32,000 nt of DNA from Candidatus Saccharimonadota bacterium (GCA_030849405.1 CP116499.1:1-32000), one strand, 5' to 3'; shown: positions 9,107-20,765, counted from the first letter of the stretch. Translations and numbers: made by a program. Notes: generated by a model not told the origin, from the letters alone.

Positions 9107-11950
9107 TTATTTTAAAATAATAATTTTTTTAATTAATTTATTTTTATTTTTATTTAAATATATAAAAAATATTTTTTTTTTATCAATTATTTTTTTTGGT
9201 GCTTTATTAATAAATTTTTTATTATTTAATTGTAATTTTATTTTAAAAATTTTATTATTTATTTTTTTAATTTTTTTTTTAATATAATTTAATTCAATAT
9301 TTTTATTAATAAATTTTAATGGTAATAAAATTTCATTTCCATTTATTATTTTACTTAAAAATAATGGATTTTTTTTTTTTTTTGATAATATTTTTATTTT
9401 TTTTAAATTTGTCATTTTAATTATAAATTTTTTATTTTTATTAATTAATTTAATATTTTCTTTTTCAATATTATAAAATAATATATTTATTTTTTTTTTT
9501 TTAATACACATTTCAATTTTAATTTTTCTTATAGATATAATAATATTTTTAATCCATATTAAATTATTTATATCTTTTTTATTATAAATATTAATATTAT
9601 ATTTAGGGAAAGATTTCAACATTATAGTATTATTATTATTTTTATTATTTATTATTTTAATAATTATTTGCCAAATATTTTCTGTAATAAAAGGTATTAT
9701 AGGGTGAGCAATTCTTAATAATTTTTCAAATATATAAAATAAAGTATAATAATTACTAAATTTTTCATTTAAATTACCATATTTTAAAATTATTTTTGAA
9801 AATTCTATATACCAATTACAAAAATCATTCCAAATAAATTCATATAAAATATTAATTGCTATATCAAATCTATAATTATTTAATGATATACAAAAATCTT
9901 TAATCATTATATTTAATTTAATTTGTATATAACGATCAAATAAAAAAAAATAATTATTATTATTTTTTTTATAATTATTACTATTATAATTATATTGTTT
10001 ATAATAAATTATTATAAACTTATAAGCATTTAAAAATTTATTATAAAAATTTTGACATTTATCTAATTTTTTAAAATTTAAAAGTATACATCTGTTTGTA
10101 TTTGATATATTTGATAAAAATAATCTTAAAACATCAGCACCATAAGATTTAATATTTTTTGAAAATTGATTTTTTATTTTTTTTTTAATTTTAATTATAT
10201 TTTTTTTATTAATAATATTTTTAATTCTTTTTTTAATAAGATTTTTTAATGTAATTCCTTCAATAATATCTATTGGATCAATAATATTACCTTTAGATTT
10301 TGACATTTTTTTTTTATTAATATCACATATCAATCCAGTTATATATATTAATTTAAAAGGAATTTGAGAATCACCATTTTTTTTTTTAATAAAAAACATT
10401 GTTAACATAATCATTCTTGCTATCCAAAAAAAAATAATATCATAACCGCTGAAAATTATATTTGTTGGATGAAAATATAATAATGTTTTTGTTTTTTTAG
10501 GCCAACCTAAAGAAACAAATGTCCATAAACTAGAAGAAAACCATGTGTCTAATACATCATTATCTTGTTTTAATATAATATTTTTTTTAATTAAATTTTT
10601 TTTACGTATTTCAATTTCATTATTTCCAACATAAATTTTACCTTTTTTATCATACCATGCTGGTATTCTATGCCCCCACCATAATTGTCTAGATATACAC
10701 CAATCTTGTATATTTTTCATCCAACCAAAATACATATTTTCATATTTTTTTTGTAAAAATTTTATTTTTTTTTCTTTAACTGCATTAATTGCATTTTTTG
10801 ATAAAATTTGACTTTTTAAAAACCATTGATCTGTAAAAATTGGTTCGATAATTATATTCTGTTTATCATTATATGGAATATTAATTTTACAAATTTTAAC
10901 TTTATTTAATAAACCTAATAATTTTAAATTTAAAATTATTAATTTTCTAGCATTATATAAATTTATATTTCTGAATTTTTTAGGAATAAATGTTAAAAAA
11001 TTATTATTAATTTTAGTTTTATTAATTATTATTGATTTATTTAAAATTTTACCATTTAACGATAATATATTTAATATATTTAATTTATGTTTTTTTGCAA
11101 TTTCATAATCTTGAAAATCATGTCCTGGTGTTATTTTAACACAACCAGTTCCTTTTTTCATATTAACATATTTATCTGATATAATAGGTATATAACGATT
11201 AATTAAAGGTACAATAGCTTTTTTTCCTATTAAATTTTTGTATCTTTCATCTAATGGGTTTACTGCTAAAGCAGTATCTCCTAAAATTGTTTCAGGTCTT
11301 GTAGTAGAAACTATTATATATGGTTTTCCATTTATTGTTTTTAATTTTTTTTCTAAAGGATATTTAAAATACCAAATATAACCTTTTGTAATTTTATATT
11401 TTACTTCTAAATCAGATATTACAGTATTTAATTTAATATTACAATTTACTAATTTTTTTCCTTTATAAATTATTTTTTTTTTAAATAAATTTATAAAAAT
11501 TTTTTTAACTGCTATTGAAAAATTATGATCCATTGTAAATATTTCTTTATTCCAATCAACAGATATACCTAAACGACGTATTTGATTATTTATAATATTA
11601 ACTATTTTTTTTTTCCATAACATAGTTTTTTGTATTAATATATTATTAGAATATTTTTTTTTTGACATTATTATTTGAGTAGCAATTCCAGCATGATCTG
11701 TTCCTACTTTTAATAAAACATTTTTACCTTTCATTCGATTATATCTAGCAGTAATATCTATAATAATTTGTTGTAAAGCATGTCCTATATGTAAATTTCC
11801 AGTAATATTTGGTGGTGGTATAATAATACAAAAATTTTTTTTATTTATTTGTTGTATTGGTTTAAAATAACCATTTTTTTCCCAAAAAAAATATATTTTT
11901 TTTTCTTTATTTTTAAAGTTATTTAAAGTATTTATATTAAATTTTAACAT
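9107..11950 (-). CDS. valS: Valine--tRNA ligase
   Basis: The 947-aa ORF has the class I motifs HIGH (PPPNITGNLHIGHA) and KMSKS (KMSKSKGN) and a C-terminal K-rich coiled coil. Length is close to E. coli ValRS. Confidence 0.95.
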   Translation of the reverse strand: MLKFNINTLNNFKNKEKKIYFFWEKNGYFKPIQQINKKNFCIIIPPPNITGNLHIGHALQQIIIDITARYNRMKGKNVLLKVGTDHAGIATQIIMSKKKYSNNILIQKTMLWKKKIVNIINNQIRRLGISVDWNKEIFTMDHNFSIAVKKIFINLFKKKIIYKGKKLVNCNIKLNTVISDLEVKYKITKGYIWYFKYPLEKKLKTINGKPYIIVSTTRPETILGDTALAVNPLDERYKNLIGKKAIVPLINRYIPIISDKYVNMKKGTGCVKITPGHDFQDYEIAKKHKLNILNILSLNGKILNKSIIINKTKINNNFLTFIPKKFRNINLYNARKLIILNLKLLGLLNKVKICKINIPYNDKQNIIIEPIFTDQWFLKSQILSKNAINAVKEKKIKFLQKKYENMYFGWMKNIQDWCISRQLWWGHRIPAWYDKKGKIYVGNNEIEIRKKNLIKKNIILKQDNDVLDTWFSSSLWTFVSLGWPKKTKTLLYFHPTNIIFSGYDIIFFWIARMIMLTMFFIKKKNGDSQIPFKLIYITGLICDINKKKMSKSKGNIIDPIDIIEGITLKNLIKKRIKNIINKKNIIKIKKKIKNQFSKNIKSYGADVLRLFLSNISNTNRCILLNFKKLDKCQNFYNKFLNAYKFIIIYYKQYNYNSNNYKKNNNNYFFLFDRYIQIKLNIMIKDFCISLNNYRFDIAINILYEFIWNDFCNWYIEFSKIILKYGNLNEKFSNYYTLFYIFEKLLRIAHPIIPFITENIWQIIIKIINNKNNNNTIMLKSFPKYNINIYNKKDINNLIWIKNIIISIRKIKIEMCIKKKKINILFYNIEKENIKLINKNKKFIIKMTNLKKIKILSKKKKNPLFLSKIINGNEILLPLKFINKNIELNYIKKKIKKINNKIFKIKLQLNNKKFINKAPKKIIDKKKIFFIYLNKNKNKLIKKIIILK

Positions 11951-12040
11951 TAAATTCCATTTTTAAAATATTAATTTAATTATAAATTATTTTATAAATA
12001 TAATATTTAAATTAAATTAATAGTTTTATATTTTAATTTA

Positions 12041-12613
12041 TTATTTAGAAACTGTCACTAATGCTGGTCTTAATAAACGATTATGTAAAATATAACCGTT
12101 TTGCATAACATCAATAACAAAATTAGATTTAATATCATTTAATTTTATAGAACCTATAGCTTGATGATGTATAGGATTAAATGGAATTTTAGTTTTATTA
12201 ATAATTTTTATACCATATTTATTAATTAAATAAATTATAGTTTTTAATGTTAATTCGTTACCTTCTATATATGAAAATAATTCAATATTATTTTTATCTA
12301 ATAAATTAGTAGATCTTTCTAAATTATCAATAACTGGTAATAAATCTTTAATAAAATTTTCTAAAGAAAATTTATATGTTTTTTCTATATCAATTAAAGA
12401 ACGTTTTTTAATGTTTTCAATTTCAGCTTTATATCTTAAAAAATTATTATGTTCTATTTTTTTATTATTTTTAATATATAATTTTAATTTTTTTAAATTT
12501 TTAATATAAATTTCATTTTGTTTTTTAATAATTAAATATTCTTTTTCAATATTTAAATTATTTTTTTTATTTAAATCTTTTTTTTTAGTATTTAATTTTA
12601 TTTTTTCTGACAT
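12041..12613 (-). CDS. grpE: Nucleotide exchange factor GrpE
   Basis: In this 190-aa ORF, RYKAEIENIKKRSLIDIEKTYKFSLENFIKDLLPVIDNLERS is colinear with the E. coli GrpE core. The C-terminal beta domain ends RPALVTVSK. Confidence 0.92.
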   Translation of the reverse strand: MSEKIKLNTKKKDLNKKNNLNIEKEYLIIKKQNEIYIKNLKKLKLYIKNNKKIEHNNFLRYKAEIENIKKRSLIDIEKTYKFSLENFIKDLLPVIDNLERSTNLLDKNNIELFSYIEGNELTLKTIIYLINKYGIKIINKTKIPFNPIHHQAIGSIKLNDIKSNFVIDVMQNGYILHNRLLRPALVTVSK

Positions 12614-12745
12614 AAAATCTTATAAAATATATTTATTAATATTTTAATTTAAAACATTTCATAATTTTAAATTATTAATAATATAAATAATTAATTTTTA
12701 AATTATTAATATTAAAATATAAATTTTTATAATAAATTTAAATAT

Positions 12746-13717
12746 ATGTTTAAACAAAAATTATATCCATGGTTTAAACATATTTATAAAAAAATAATTA
12801 TATATTATAAAAAAAAAAAAATTCAAAATACTCTTTTTATATATAATTTAAATAAAATTGGTTGTAGTGTTTTATTAAAAAAAATAATTTTATGGTTATT
12901 TTGTAAAAATAAAAAAAATAAAAATTGTGGTTTATGTTATAATTGTAATTTAATTTTAACAAAAAATCATCCAGATTTTTTAATAGTTAATAAAAAAAAA
13001 AATGAAAAATATATTGATATTAATTATATAAATAAATTAATTGATTATATTAATATAAAATCTCAAGAAAATAATATTAAAATAATATATTTTCCTAAAA
13101 TTGAATTATTAAATAAAATTGCAATACTTAAGTTATTAAATATATTAAAACAAAAAAAAAAAAATATTTTTTTTATAATACAATGTAATAAATTTTCTAA
13201 TTTAATTTTAAATATTAAAAAATTTTGTTTTTGTTTAAATTTAAATTTACCAAAAGAAGAAATTAGTATAAATTGGTTAAAAAAAAAAAATAATTTTAAT
13301 CTTTTAGAAATAAAAACTGCTTTATATTTAAATAATTTTTCACCATTATTAGCACATAAAATGTTAAATTCAGATATTTGGAAAAATAGAAATAAATTAT
13401 TTAATTTAATAAATAATTGTTTGATTAATAAAAATATTTTTTTTTTAGAAATAATTAAATTTTCAAATTTAAAAGAATATATAAATTGGATATATATATT
13501 ATTAATTGATTTAATTAAATTTAAACAAAATTGTAAATACTATATTTTAAATAAAGATAAAATAAAAACAATTATTAATTTATCTAATTATATAACTTTA
13601 TCAAAATTATATATTTTAATTAAAAATATAAATATTATTCAATATAAATTAAAAAATATTAAAAATATTAATATTAAAATTTTATTAATAAAATTATTTT
13701 TTAAAAAATATTTATAA
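12746..13717 (+). CDS. holB: DNA polymerase III subunit delta prime
   Basis: The 323-aa ORF has an N-terminal LYPWFK and the zinc module CGLCYNCNLILTKNHPDF, which resembles E. coli HolB CGHCRGCQLMQAGTHPDY. It has an AAA+-like fold without an intact Walker A, which is typical of delta prime. Confidence 0.85.
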   Translation: MFKQKLYPWFKHIYKKIIIYYKKKKIQNTLFIYNLNKIGCSVLLKKIILWLFCKNKKNKNCGLCYNCNLILTKNHPDFLIVNKKKNEKYIDINYINKLIDYINIKSQENNIKIIYFPKIELLNKIAILKLLNILKQKKKNIFFIIQCNKFSNLILNIKKFCFCLNLNLPKEEISINWLKKKNNFNLLEIKTALYLNNFSPLLAHKMLNSDIWKNRNKLFNLINNCLINKNIFFLEIIKFSNLKEYINWIYILLIDLIKFKQNCKYYILNKDKIKTIINLSNYITLSKLYILIKNINIIQYKLKNIKNINIKILLIKLFFKKYL

Positions 13718-13782
13718 AAATATTTATAAATAAAATATTAAATTAATTAATATAAAATTTAAAATGAATTAAATATTTAAAA

Positions 13783-13813
13783 ATTTAACAATTTATTTTA
13801 AAAATTGTTAAAT
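13783..13813 (+). terminator. AT-rich perfect 11-bp inverted repeat (ATTTAACAATT-N9-AATTGTTAAAT), possibly a holB terminator
   Basis: I read it directly from the sequence, about 66 nt downstream of the holB stop. It is AT-rich, so chance occurrence is plausible. Confidence 0.25.
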
Positions 13814-13881
13814 ATTTAAATATTTAATTATTAATTTTTTTTTAATTTTAAAATATAAATTTAATAAATTAAAATATTATA

Positions 13882-13903
13882 AACCCTGGTAAATTCCAGG
13901 GTT
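13882..13903 (-). terminator. Rho-independent terminator downstream of groEL
   Basis: The stem AACCCTGG / CCAGGGTT has a 6-nt loop. It lies 47 nt past the groEL stop and is followed on the minus strand by a U-rich run (TATAATATTTT). It is one of very few G+C-rich islands in noncoding DNA here. Confidence 0.75.
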
Positions 13904-13949
13904 AAAAAATTAATTTATAAATAAATTATTTATAAATTATAAATTTATT

Positions 13950-15596
<1,647 letters not shown>

Positions 15597-15609
15597 TTAA
15601 TTTAATATT

Positions 15610-15903
15610 TTAATTTTCTATAATTGCTAAAACATCATCTTCAGACATAATTAAAATTTCTTCATTATTAATTTTTTCAGATTTTATATTATAGCCATCA
15701 TTAAATATAATAATATCTCCTATTTTAACATCTAATGGTCTAATTATACCGTTATCTAAAATTTTGCCTTTACCTACAGATAAAACTTCACCTCTTGTTG
15801 ATTTACCAATTGTTGTACTTGTTAAAACAATACCTCCAGGTGATTTCATTTCTAATTCTTGTCGTTTAACTATAATACGATCATGTAATGGTTTTATTTT
15901 CAT
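15610..15903 (-). CDS. groES: Co-chaperonin GroES
   Basis: The 97-aa ORF begins [14 protein letters not shown], lies directly upstream of groEL and has an AAGGA SD. Confidence 0.97.
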   Translation of the reverse strand: MKIKPLHDRIIVKRQELEMKSPGGIVLTSTTIGKSTRGEVLSVGKGKILDNGIIRPLDVKIGDIIIFNDGYNIKSEKINNEEILIMSEDDVLAIIEN

Positions 15904-16102
15904 TATATATTCCTTTAAAATTTAAAATAATTAAAATTTTACAAAATTTATTAATTTATTGTTTTAGTATTGTTAAAATAACAAAATTTTAAAATACACT
16001 TATAGAGTTGTTTTAAACAATATAAAAGTATTAAATTATTTTATTTATCAAATAATTTAAATATATTATATAATATTATCTATTTTAAAATATTATAGTT
16101 AA

Positions 16103-17941
16103 TTAAAATAAATATTTTTTAAACCAAATTATTATAATAGATATTGCTGCTGGAGTAATACCAGATATTTTTTGAGCTAATTTTATATTTTTAGGTTTAT
16201 ATTTATTTAATTTTAAAATTACTTCATTTGATAAATTTTTAATTTTAAAATAATTAAATTTTTTAGGTAAAACTATATTTTTATATTTTTTATTTTTTAA
16301 AATATTTTTATTTTGTCTAATAATATAACCTTCATATTTTATTTGTATTTCAATTTGTTTATAAATTTGTTTATATATATAATATGGTGAAAATTTTTTA
16401 ATTGTAGTTAATTTATTATATGTTATTTTTGGCATTCTTAATAAATTAAAACAATTTTTTTTTATAATATTAATTTTATTAATATATATAAATTTATTTT
16501 TTAATTTTTCTATTTCTTTAATAATTTTTTTTTTTTTATTACAAAAAATGTTCCATCTAAAATTATTAATTAAACCTATTTTTTTACCTTTAGGAGTTAA
16601 TCTAAAATCAGCATTATCTTCTTGTAATTGTAAACGATGCTCTGATCTAGAAGTAAAAATTCTATATGGTTCTTTTGTTCCTAAATTAATTAAATCATCA
16701 ATTAATACACCTATATAACCATCTTTTCTTTTAATTATAAATGGTTTTTTTTTTAAAATATATAAACTAGCATTTATACCAGATAATAAACCTTGTGCAG
16801 CTGCTTCTTCATATCCTGTTGTACCATTTATTTGACCAGCAAAAAATAAACCATTGATATATTTACTTTCTAATGTTAATTTTAAATTTCTAGGATCTAA
16901 AAAATTATATTCAACAGCATAACCAGGTTTTATTATTTTAGCTTTTTCTAAACCACGTATCGAATGAATAATTTTTAATTGAATTTTAAATGGTAAATTA
17001 GTTGATATTCCATTTGGATAAATTTCATTATTTAAAATTCCTTCAGGTTCTAAAAAAATTTGATGGGTTTTTTTTTTTTCAAATCTTATAACTTTATCTT
17101 CTATTGATGGACAATATCTAGGACCTTTTCCTATTATATTTCCATTATAAGAAGGACTATATTTGATATATTTTCTTATTATATCATGAGTTTTTTCATT
17201 TGTATTAGTAATATAACATTTAATTTGTTTTATTTTATTTTTAATATTACTTAAAAATGAAAATCTAGGATTAGATAAATCACCATATTGTTTTTTTAAA
17301 ATATTAAAATTAATAGAATTATATTTTATTCTAGGTGGTGTACCTGTTTTTAAGCGTCTAATTTTAAACGGTAAATTATTTAAAAATATAGATAATGAAT
17401 TTGATGATTTATTTCCTATACGACCACCATTATATTTATTTTTACCAATATATATTTTACCATTTAAAAATGTACCAGTACATATAATAATTGATTTAGA
17501 ATAAAATTTTAAATTCATTTGTGTTGTTACACCAATTACATGTTTATTTTTAATAATTATTTTTTTAACAGAACTTTGAAAAATTATTATATTATTTTCA
17601 TTATTTAAAGAATTAATAATTGCATTTTTATATAAGTTTCTATCTATTTGTGCACGAGTTGATCTAACTGCATATCCTTTACTAGAATTTAATATTTTAA
17701 ATTGAATACCTGAAATATCAGCAACTTTTGCCATTAAACCTCCAAGTGCATCAATTTCTTTAACTAAATGACTTTTACCTATACCTCCTATTGATGGATT
17801 ACATGATAATTCACCTAAAGTATTTATATTATGTGTTATTAATAAAATTTTACATTTCATACGAGCAGAAGCCATTGCTGCTTCAGTTCCTGCGTGACCT
17901 CCTCCTATAATAATAATATCAAAATTTTTAGAATAAATCAT
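16103..17941 (-). CDS. mnmG: tRNA uridine 5-carboxymethylaminomethyl modification enzyme MnmG (GidA)
   Basis: The 612-aa ORF has the N-terminal FAD motif [13 protein letters not shown] and conserved [11 protein letters not shown] and TSRSEHRL segments. Confidence 0.96.
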   Translation of the reverse strand: MIYSKNFDIIIIGGGHAGTEAAMASARMKCKILLITHNINTLGELSCNPSIGGIGKSHLVKEIDALGGLMAKVADISGIQFKILNSSKGYAVRSTRAQIDRNLYKNAIINSLNNENNIIIFQSSVKKIIIKNKHVIGVTTQMNLKFYSKSIIICTGTFLNGKIYIGKNKYNGGRIGNKSSNSLSIFLNNLPFKIRRLKTGTPPRIKYNSINFNILKKQYGDLSNPRFSFLSNIKNKIKQIKCYITNTNEKTHDIIRKYIKYSPSYNGNIIGKGPRYCPSIEDKVIRFEKKKTHQIFLEPEGILNNEIYPNGISTNLPFKIQLKIIHSIRGLEKAKIIKPGYAVEYNFLDPRNLKLTLESKYINGLFFAGQINGTTGYEEAAAQGLLSGINASLYILKKKPFIIKRKDGYIGVLIDDLINLGTKEPYRIFTSRSEHRLQLQEDNADFRLTPKGKKIGLINNFRWNIFCNKKKKIIKEIEKLKNKFIYINKINIIKKNCFNLLRMPKITYNKLTTIKKFSPYYIYKQIYKQIEIQIKYEGYIIRQNKNILKNKKYKNIVLPKKFNYFKIKNLSNEVILKLNKYKPKNIKLAQKISGITPAAISIIIIWFKKYLF

Positions 17942-18099
17942 TTTAATTCCATTATATTTAATAAATATAAAATTTAATATATAAATATTTAAAAAATAAT
18001 AATTTTAATTATGTATAAATTAAATTTTAATAGATTAACAATATTAAATAATATATATCTTGATTTTTAAATTTTAAAATATTAAATTTTTAAAAAAAA

Positions 18100-18173
18100 G
18101 GAGCGGTAGTTCAGTTGGTTAGAATACCTGCCTGTCACGCAGGGGGTCACGGGTTCAACCCCCGTCCGTTCCG
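18100..18173 (+). tRNA. tRNA-Asp (GUC)
   Basis: I folded the cloverleaf by hand: acceptor GGAGCGG/CCGTTCC, anticodon loop CTGTCAC and T loop TTCAACC. It is nearly identical to E. coli tRNA-Asp as I recall it. No 3' CCA is encoded; TTTT follows. Confidence 0.93.
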
Positions 18174-18208
18174 TTTTAAATAATTTTAAATAATTAATTT
18201 TTTAAAAT

Positions 18209-19342
18209 ATGAATAAAAAACATATATATAATAATATTAAATTTAAAATTGATAAATTATATATTAATCGTGCTTTACAAATATCATATATAGGTAATTT
18301 TACTTCTATGCCTAATCCTAGTGTTGGATGTATAATAGTTAAAAAAAAAAAAATAATAGGAGAAGGTGTTCATATATTTTTAGGTGGTCCACATGCTGAA
18401 ATTAATGCTTTAAGAGATGTTAAAAGTAATGTTAAAAATTCAACAATGTATATAACATTAGAACCTTGTAATTATTATAATAATACTCCACCATGTGTAA
18501 AAGCTATTATTAATTCAGGAATAAAAAGATTAGTTATAGCTATGAAAGACCCGAATCCTAAAATTTTAGATAATAGTTATAAAATTTTTAAAAAAAAAAA
18601 TATTAAAATTACTTATATTAAAATAAAATTTTCAAATAAAAATAATATAGGTTTTTTTAAAAGAATGATAACAGGAATGCCATATATTACTTTAAAATGT
18701 GGTATTTCAATAGATAGTAAAATAGCATTATTTTCTGGAATAAGTAAATGGATAACTTCTTCTAAATCAAGAATAGATGTACAAAATTTAAGAATACAAA
18801 ATACAGCTATTATTAGTACTAGTAATACAATATTATTTGATAATCCATCTTTAAATATAAATTTAAAATATATTAATAAAAAAATTAAAATGGTATATCC
18901 ATTTAAAAATTTAAAACAACCAATAATAATTATAATTGATAGTAAAAATAGAATAAAATTAAAACATAAATTAATAAATAAAGAAAGAGAAATTTTATTA
19001 ATACGTTTAATTAAAGATAATAAAATTTGGCCTAAAAATGTTCATCAAATAATTTTTAAAAAAAAAATTAATTTAAAATTATTAATTTTATTTTTAGGAA
19101 AAATTAAAATAAATAATATTTTATTTGAAGTTGGATCTAAATTATCTGGTGTTTTATTTAAATTAAAATTAATAGATAAATTAATTTTGTATATTTCTAC
19201 TAAAATTTTAGGTAATAAAAGTTTAAGTATTTTTAATTTACCAAAATTTAAAAAAATATTAAATAAAAATTATTTTTTTTTTAATAAAATAAAAAAAATT
19301 GGTAAAGATATAAAAATAGTATTAAAAAAAAATAAAATGTAA
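18209..19342 (+). CDS. ribD: Bifunctional riboflavin biosynthesis protein RibD (deaminase/reductase)
   Basis: The 377-aa ORF has the deaminase zinc motifs HAEINAL and EPCNYYNNTPPC, followed by a reductase-type C-terminal half. Confidence 0.9.
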   Translation: MNKKHIYNNIKFKIDKLYINRALQISYIGNFTSMPNPSVGCIIVKKKKIIGEGVHIFLGGPHAEINALRDVKSNVKNSTMYITLEPCNYYNNTPPCVKAIINSGIKRLVIAMKDPNPKILDNSYKIFKKKNIKITYIKIKFSNKNNIGFFKRMITGMPYITLKCGISIDSKIALFSGISKWITSSKSRIDVQNLRIQNTAIISTSNTILFDNPSLNINLKYINKKIKMVYPFKNLKQPIIIIIDSKNRIKLKHKLINKEREILLIRLIKDNKIWPKNVHQIIFKKKINLKLLILFLGKIKINNILFEVGSKLSGVLFKLKLIDKLILYISTKILGNKSLSIFNLPKFKKILNKNYFFFNKIKKIGKDIKIVLKKNKM

Positions 19343-19362
19343 TATAATAAATAAGGTAAAAT

Positions 19363-19836
19363 ATGAAAATTATTAAAGGTGATTTTTTTTCTCCTGAAAG
19401 TTATATAGCAATTGTAGTTGCACGTTTTAATGATTTTATAAATAAAACATTATTAAATGGAGCTATAGAAATTTTAGAAAGAATAGGAAAAATATCAAAT
19501 AAAAATATTACTATTGTTTGGGTACCAGGTGCTTATGAATTACCTTTAATATCTCAAGTATTAGCAAACTCTAAAAAATATAATGCAATAATATCTTTAG
19601 GTACAATTATTAAAGGAAATACATCACACTTTAATTATATATCAAATTCAGTAAGTACAAATATAATTAATGTTAGTTTAAAAACTGAAGTACCTATTAT
19701 ATTTGGTATTTTAACAACTAATAATATTGAACAAGCTATTAATAGAGCTGGATGTAAATCTGGTAATAAAGGTTCTGAGGCAGCTTTAAATGCATTAGAA
19801 ATGATAAATATTATTAATACAATACATAATATTTAA
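19363..19836 (+). CDS. ribH: 6,7-dimethyl-8-ribityllumazine synthase
   Basis: The 157-aa ORF has ARFNDFI, VPGAYELP and GTIIKGNTSHFNYI motifs. An AAGG SD is present, and it lies immediately after ribD as in enterics. Confidence 0.94.
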   Translation: MKIIKGDFFSPESYIAIVVARFNDFINKTLLNGAIEILERIGKISNKNITIVWVPGAYELPLISQVLANSKKYNAIISLGTIIKGNTSHFNYISNSVSTNIINVSLKTEVPIIFGILTTNNIEQAINRAGCKSGNKGSEAALNALEMINIINTIHNI

Positions 19837-19937
19837 TTTATATTTTAAAAAAAATTTAAAAATATTTTAATATTTATATAAGTACTAATAATTAATATAT
19901 AAATATATTTTTAAATTAATTTTTAAAAAATAATTTA

Positions 19938-20009
19938 AGCGGAAGGCGGGAATTGAACCCGCGATCTCAACCTTGGCAAGGTTATATTCTACCACTAAAC
20001 TACTCCCGC
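19938..20009 (-). tRNA. tRNA-Gly (GCC)
   Basis: The reverse complement folds as acceptor GCGGGAG/CTTCCGC (one G-U pair), anticodon loop TTGCCAA and T arm GCGGG-TTCAATT-CCCGC. No CCA is encoded. Confidence 0.88.
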
Positions 20010-20041
20010 AATTATTTAATAATTTAATTATTTTAAAAATA

Positions 20042-20076
20042 ATATATATATATATATAATATATATATATATATAT
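20042..20076. repeat. Alternating (AT)n self-complementary tract of about 35 nt, made of two blocks with a phase shift at 20058/20059
   Basis: Read directly as ATATATATATATATATA + ATATATATATATATATAT. It lies between the ahpC 3' end and tRNA-Gly. Confidence 0.9.
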
Positions 20077-20162
20077 TTAATTAAATAGTTATTTAATAAA
20101 AATTTAAAAGTAAATGTTTATAATTTTTTTAAAAAATAAAATATATTTTTAAAATATTAAAA

Positions 20163-20765
20163 TTATAACATATTTAAATTTTTATTTAAAAATTCTTTTA
20201 TACCTTTTAAAGAAGGTATAATTGTAGGTTTACCATTTTCCCACTGAGCTGGACATAATTCACCATATTTTTCATGAAATTTTAATGCGTCTATGATTCT
20301 TATAATTTCATCTATATTTCTACCAATTGGTAAATCATGTATCATTTGTGTTCTTATTATTCTTTTTTTATCAATTAAAAAAGTAGCTCTAAGAGCAACT
20401 CCAAGTGTAGGATGTTCAATATTATAAATTTTTTGAATTTCTCTTTTAATATCAGAAATCATAATATATTTTACTTTTCCTATTCCTCCTTCGTTAATCG
20501 GTGTATTTTTCCATGCATAATGTACAAATTCTGAATCTAATGATACACCTATTAATTTAACATTTCTTTTTTGAAATTCATTAAAACGTTTATTAAATGC
20601 AATTAATTCTGATGGACAAACAAATGTAAAATCCATAGGCCAAAAAAATAAAACAGCATATTTATTATTAATATAATTTTTAAAATTAAAATTATTAATA
20701 ATTTTATTATTTTCTAAAACAGCAGATGCAATAAAATTTGGTGCTTTACAATTTACTAATGACAT
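20163..20765 (-). CDS. ahpC: 2-Cys peroxiredoxin (AhpC/Tsa family)
   Basis: The 200-aa ORF has the peroxidatic cysteine motif DFTFVCPSE and the resolving cysteine in GELCPAQW. An AAGGA SD is present. Confidence 0.92.
   Translation of the reverse strand: MSLVNCKAPNFIASAVLENNKIINNFNFKNYINNKYAVLFFWPMDFTFVCPSELIAFNKRFNEFQKRNVKLIGVSLDSEFVHYAWKNTPINEGGIGKVKYIMISDIKREIQKIYNIEHPTLGVALRATFLIDKKRIIRTQMIHDLPIGRNIDEIIRIIDALKFHEKYGELCPAQWENGKPTIIPSLKGIKEFLNKNLNML

Noticed and set aside
13702-13731. Tandem duplication AAATATTTATAA x2 spanning the holB stop codon
   Set aside because: A 12-nt A/T-only duplication is expected by chance or slippage in this composition. There is no evidence of function.
13718-13949. 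Hidden small genes, sRNAs or mobile-element remnants in the longest spacers (also 15904-16102, 20010-20162, 22887-23064, 24253-24385, 26217-26349)
   Set aside because: In all six frames only ORFs of about 12 codons or fewer turn up, none with an SD. Apart from the annotated terminators and tRNAs there are no G/C-containing structured segments, no terminal inverted repeats and no direct-repeat arrays.
15904-16102. Sigma32 heat-shock promoter or CIRCE operator upstream of groES
   Set aside because: I found no CTTGAAA / CCCCATNT pair at suitable spacing and no TTAGCACTC-N9-GAGTGCTAA. The nearest look-alike (TTGTTT ... CTCTATAA) has a spacer of only about 7 nt.
17942-18099. Calling this divergent mnmG/tRNA-Asp spacer oriC
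   Set aside because: The position is suggestive, but there are no DnaA-box-like 9-mers and no GATC cluster. AT-richness is not informative in this genome. I kept it only as an open question in the findings.
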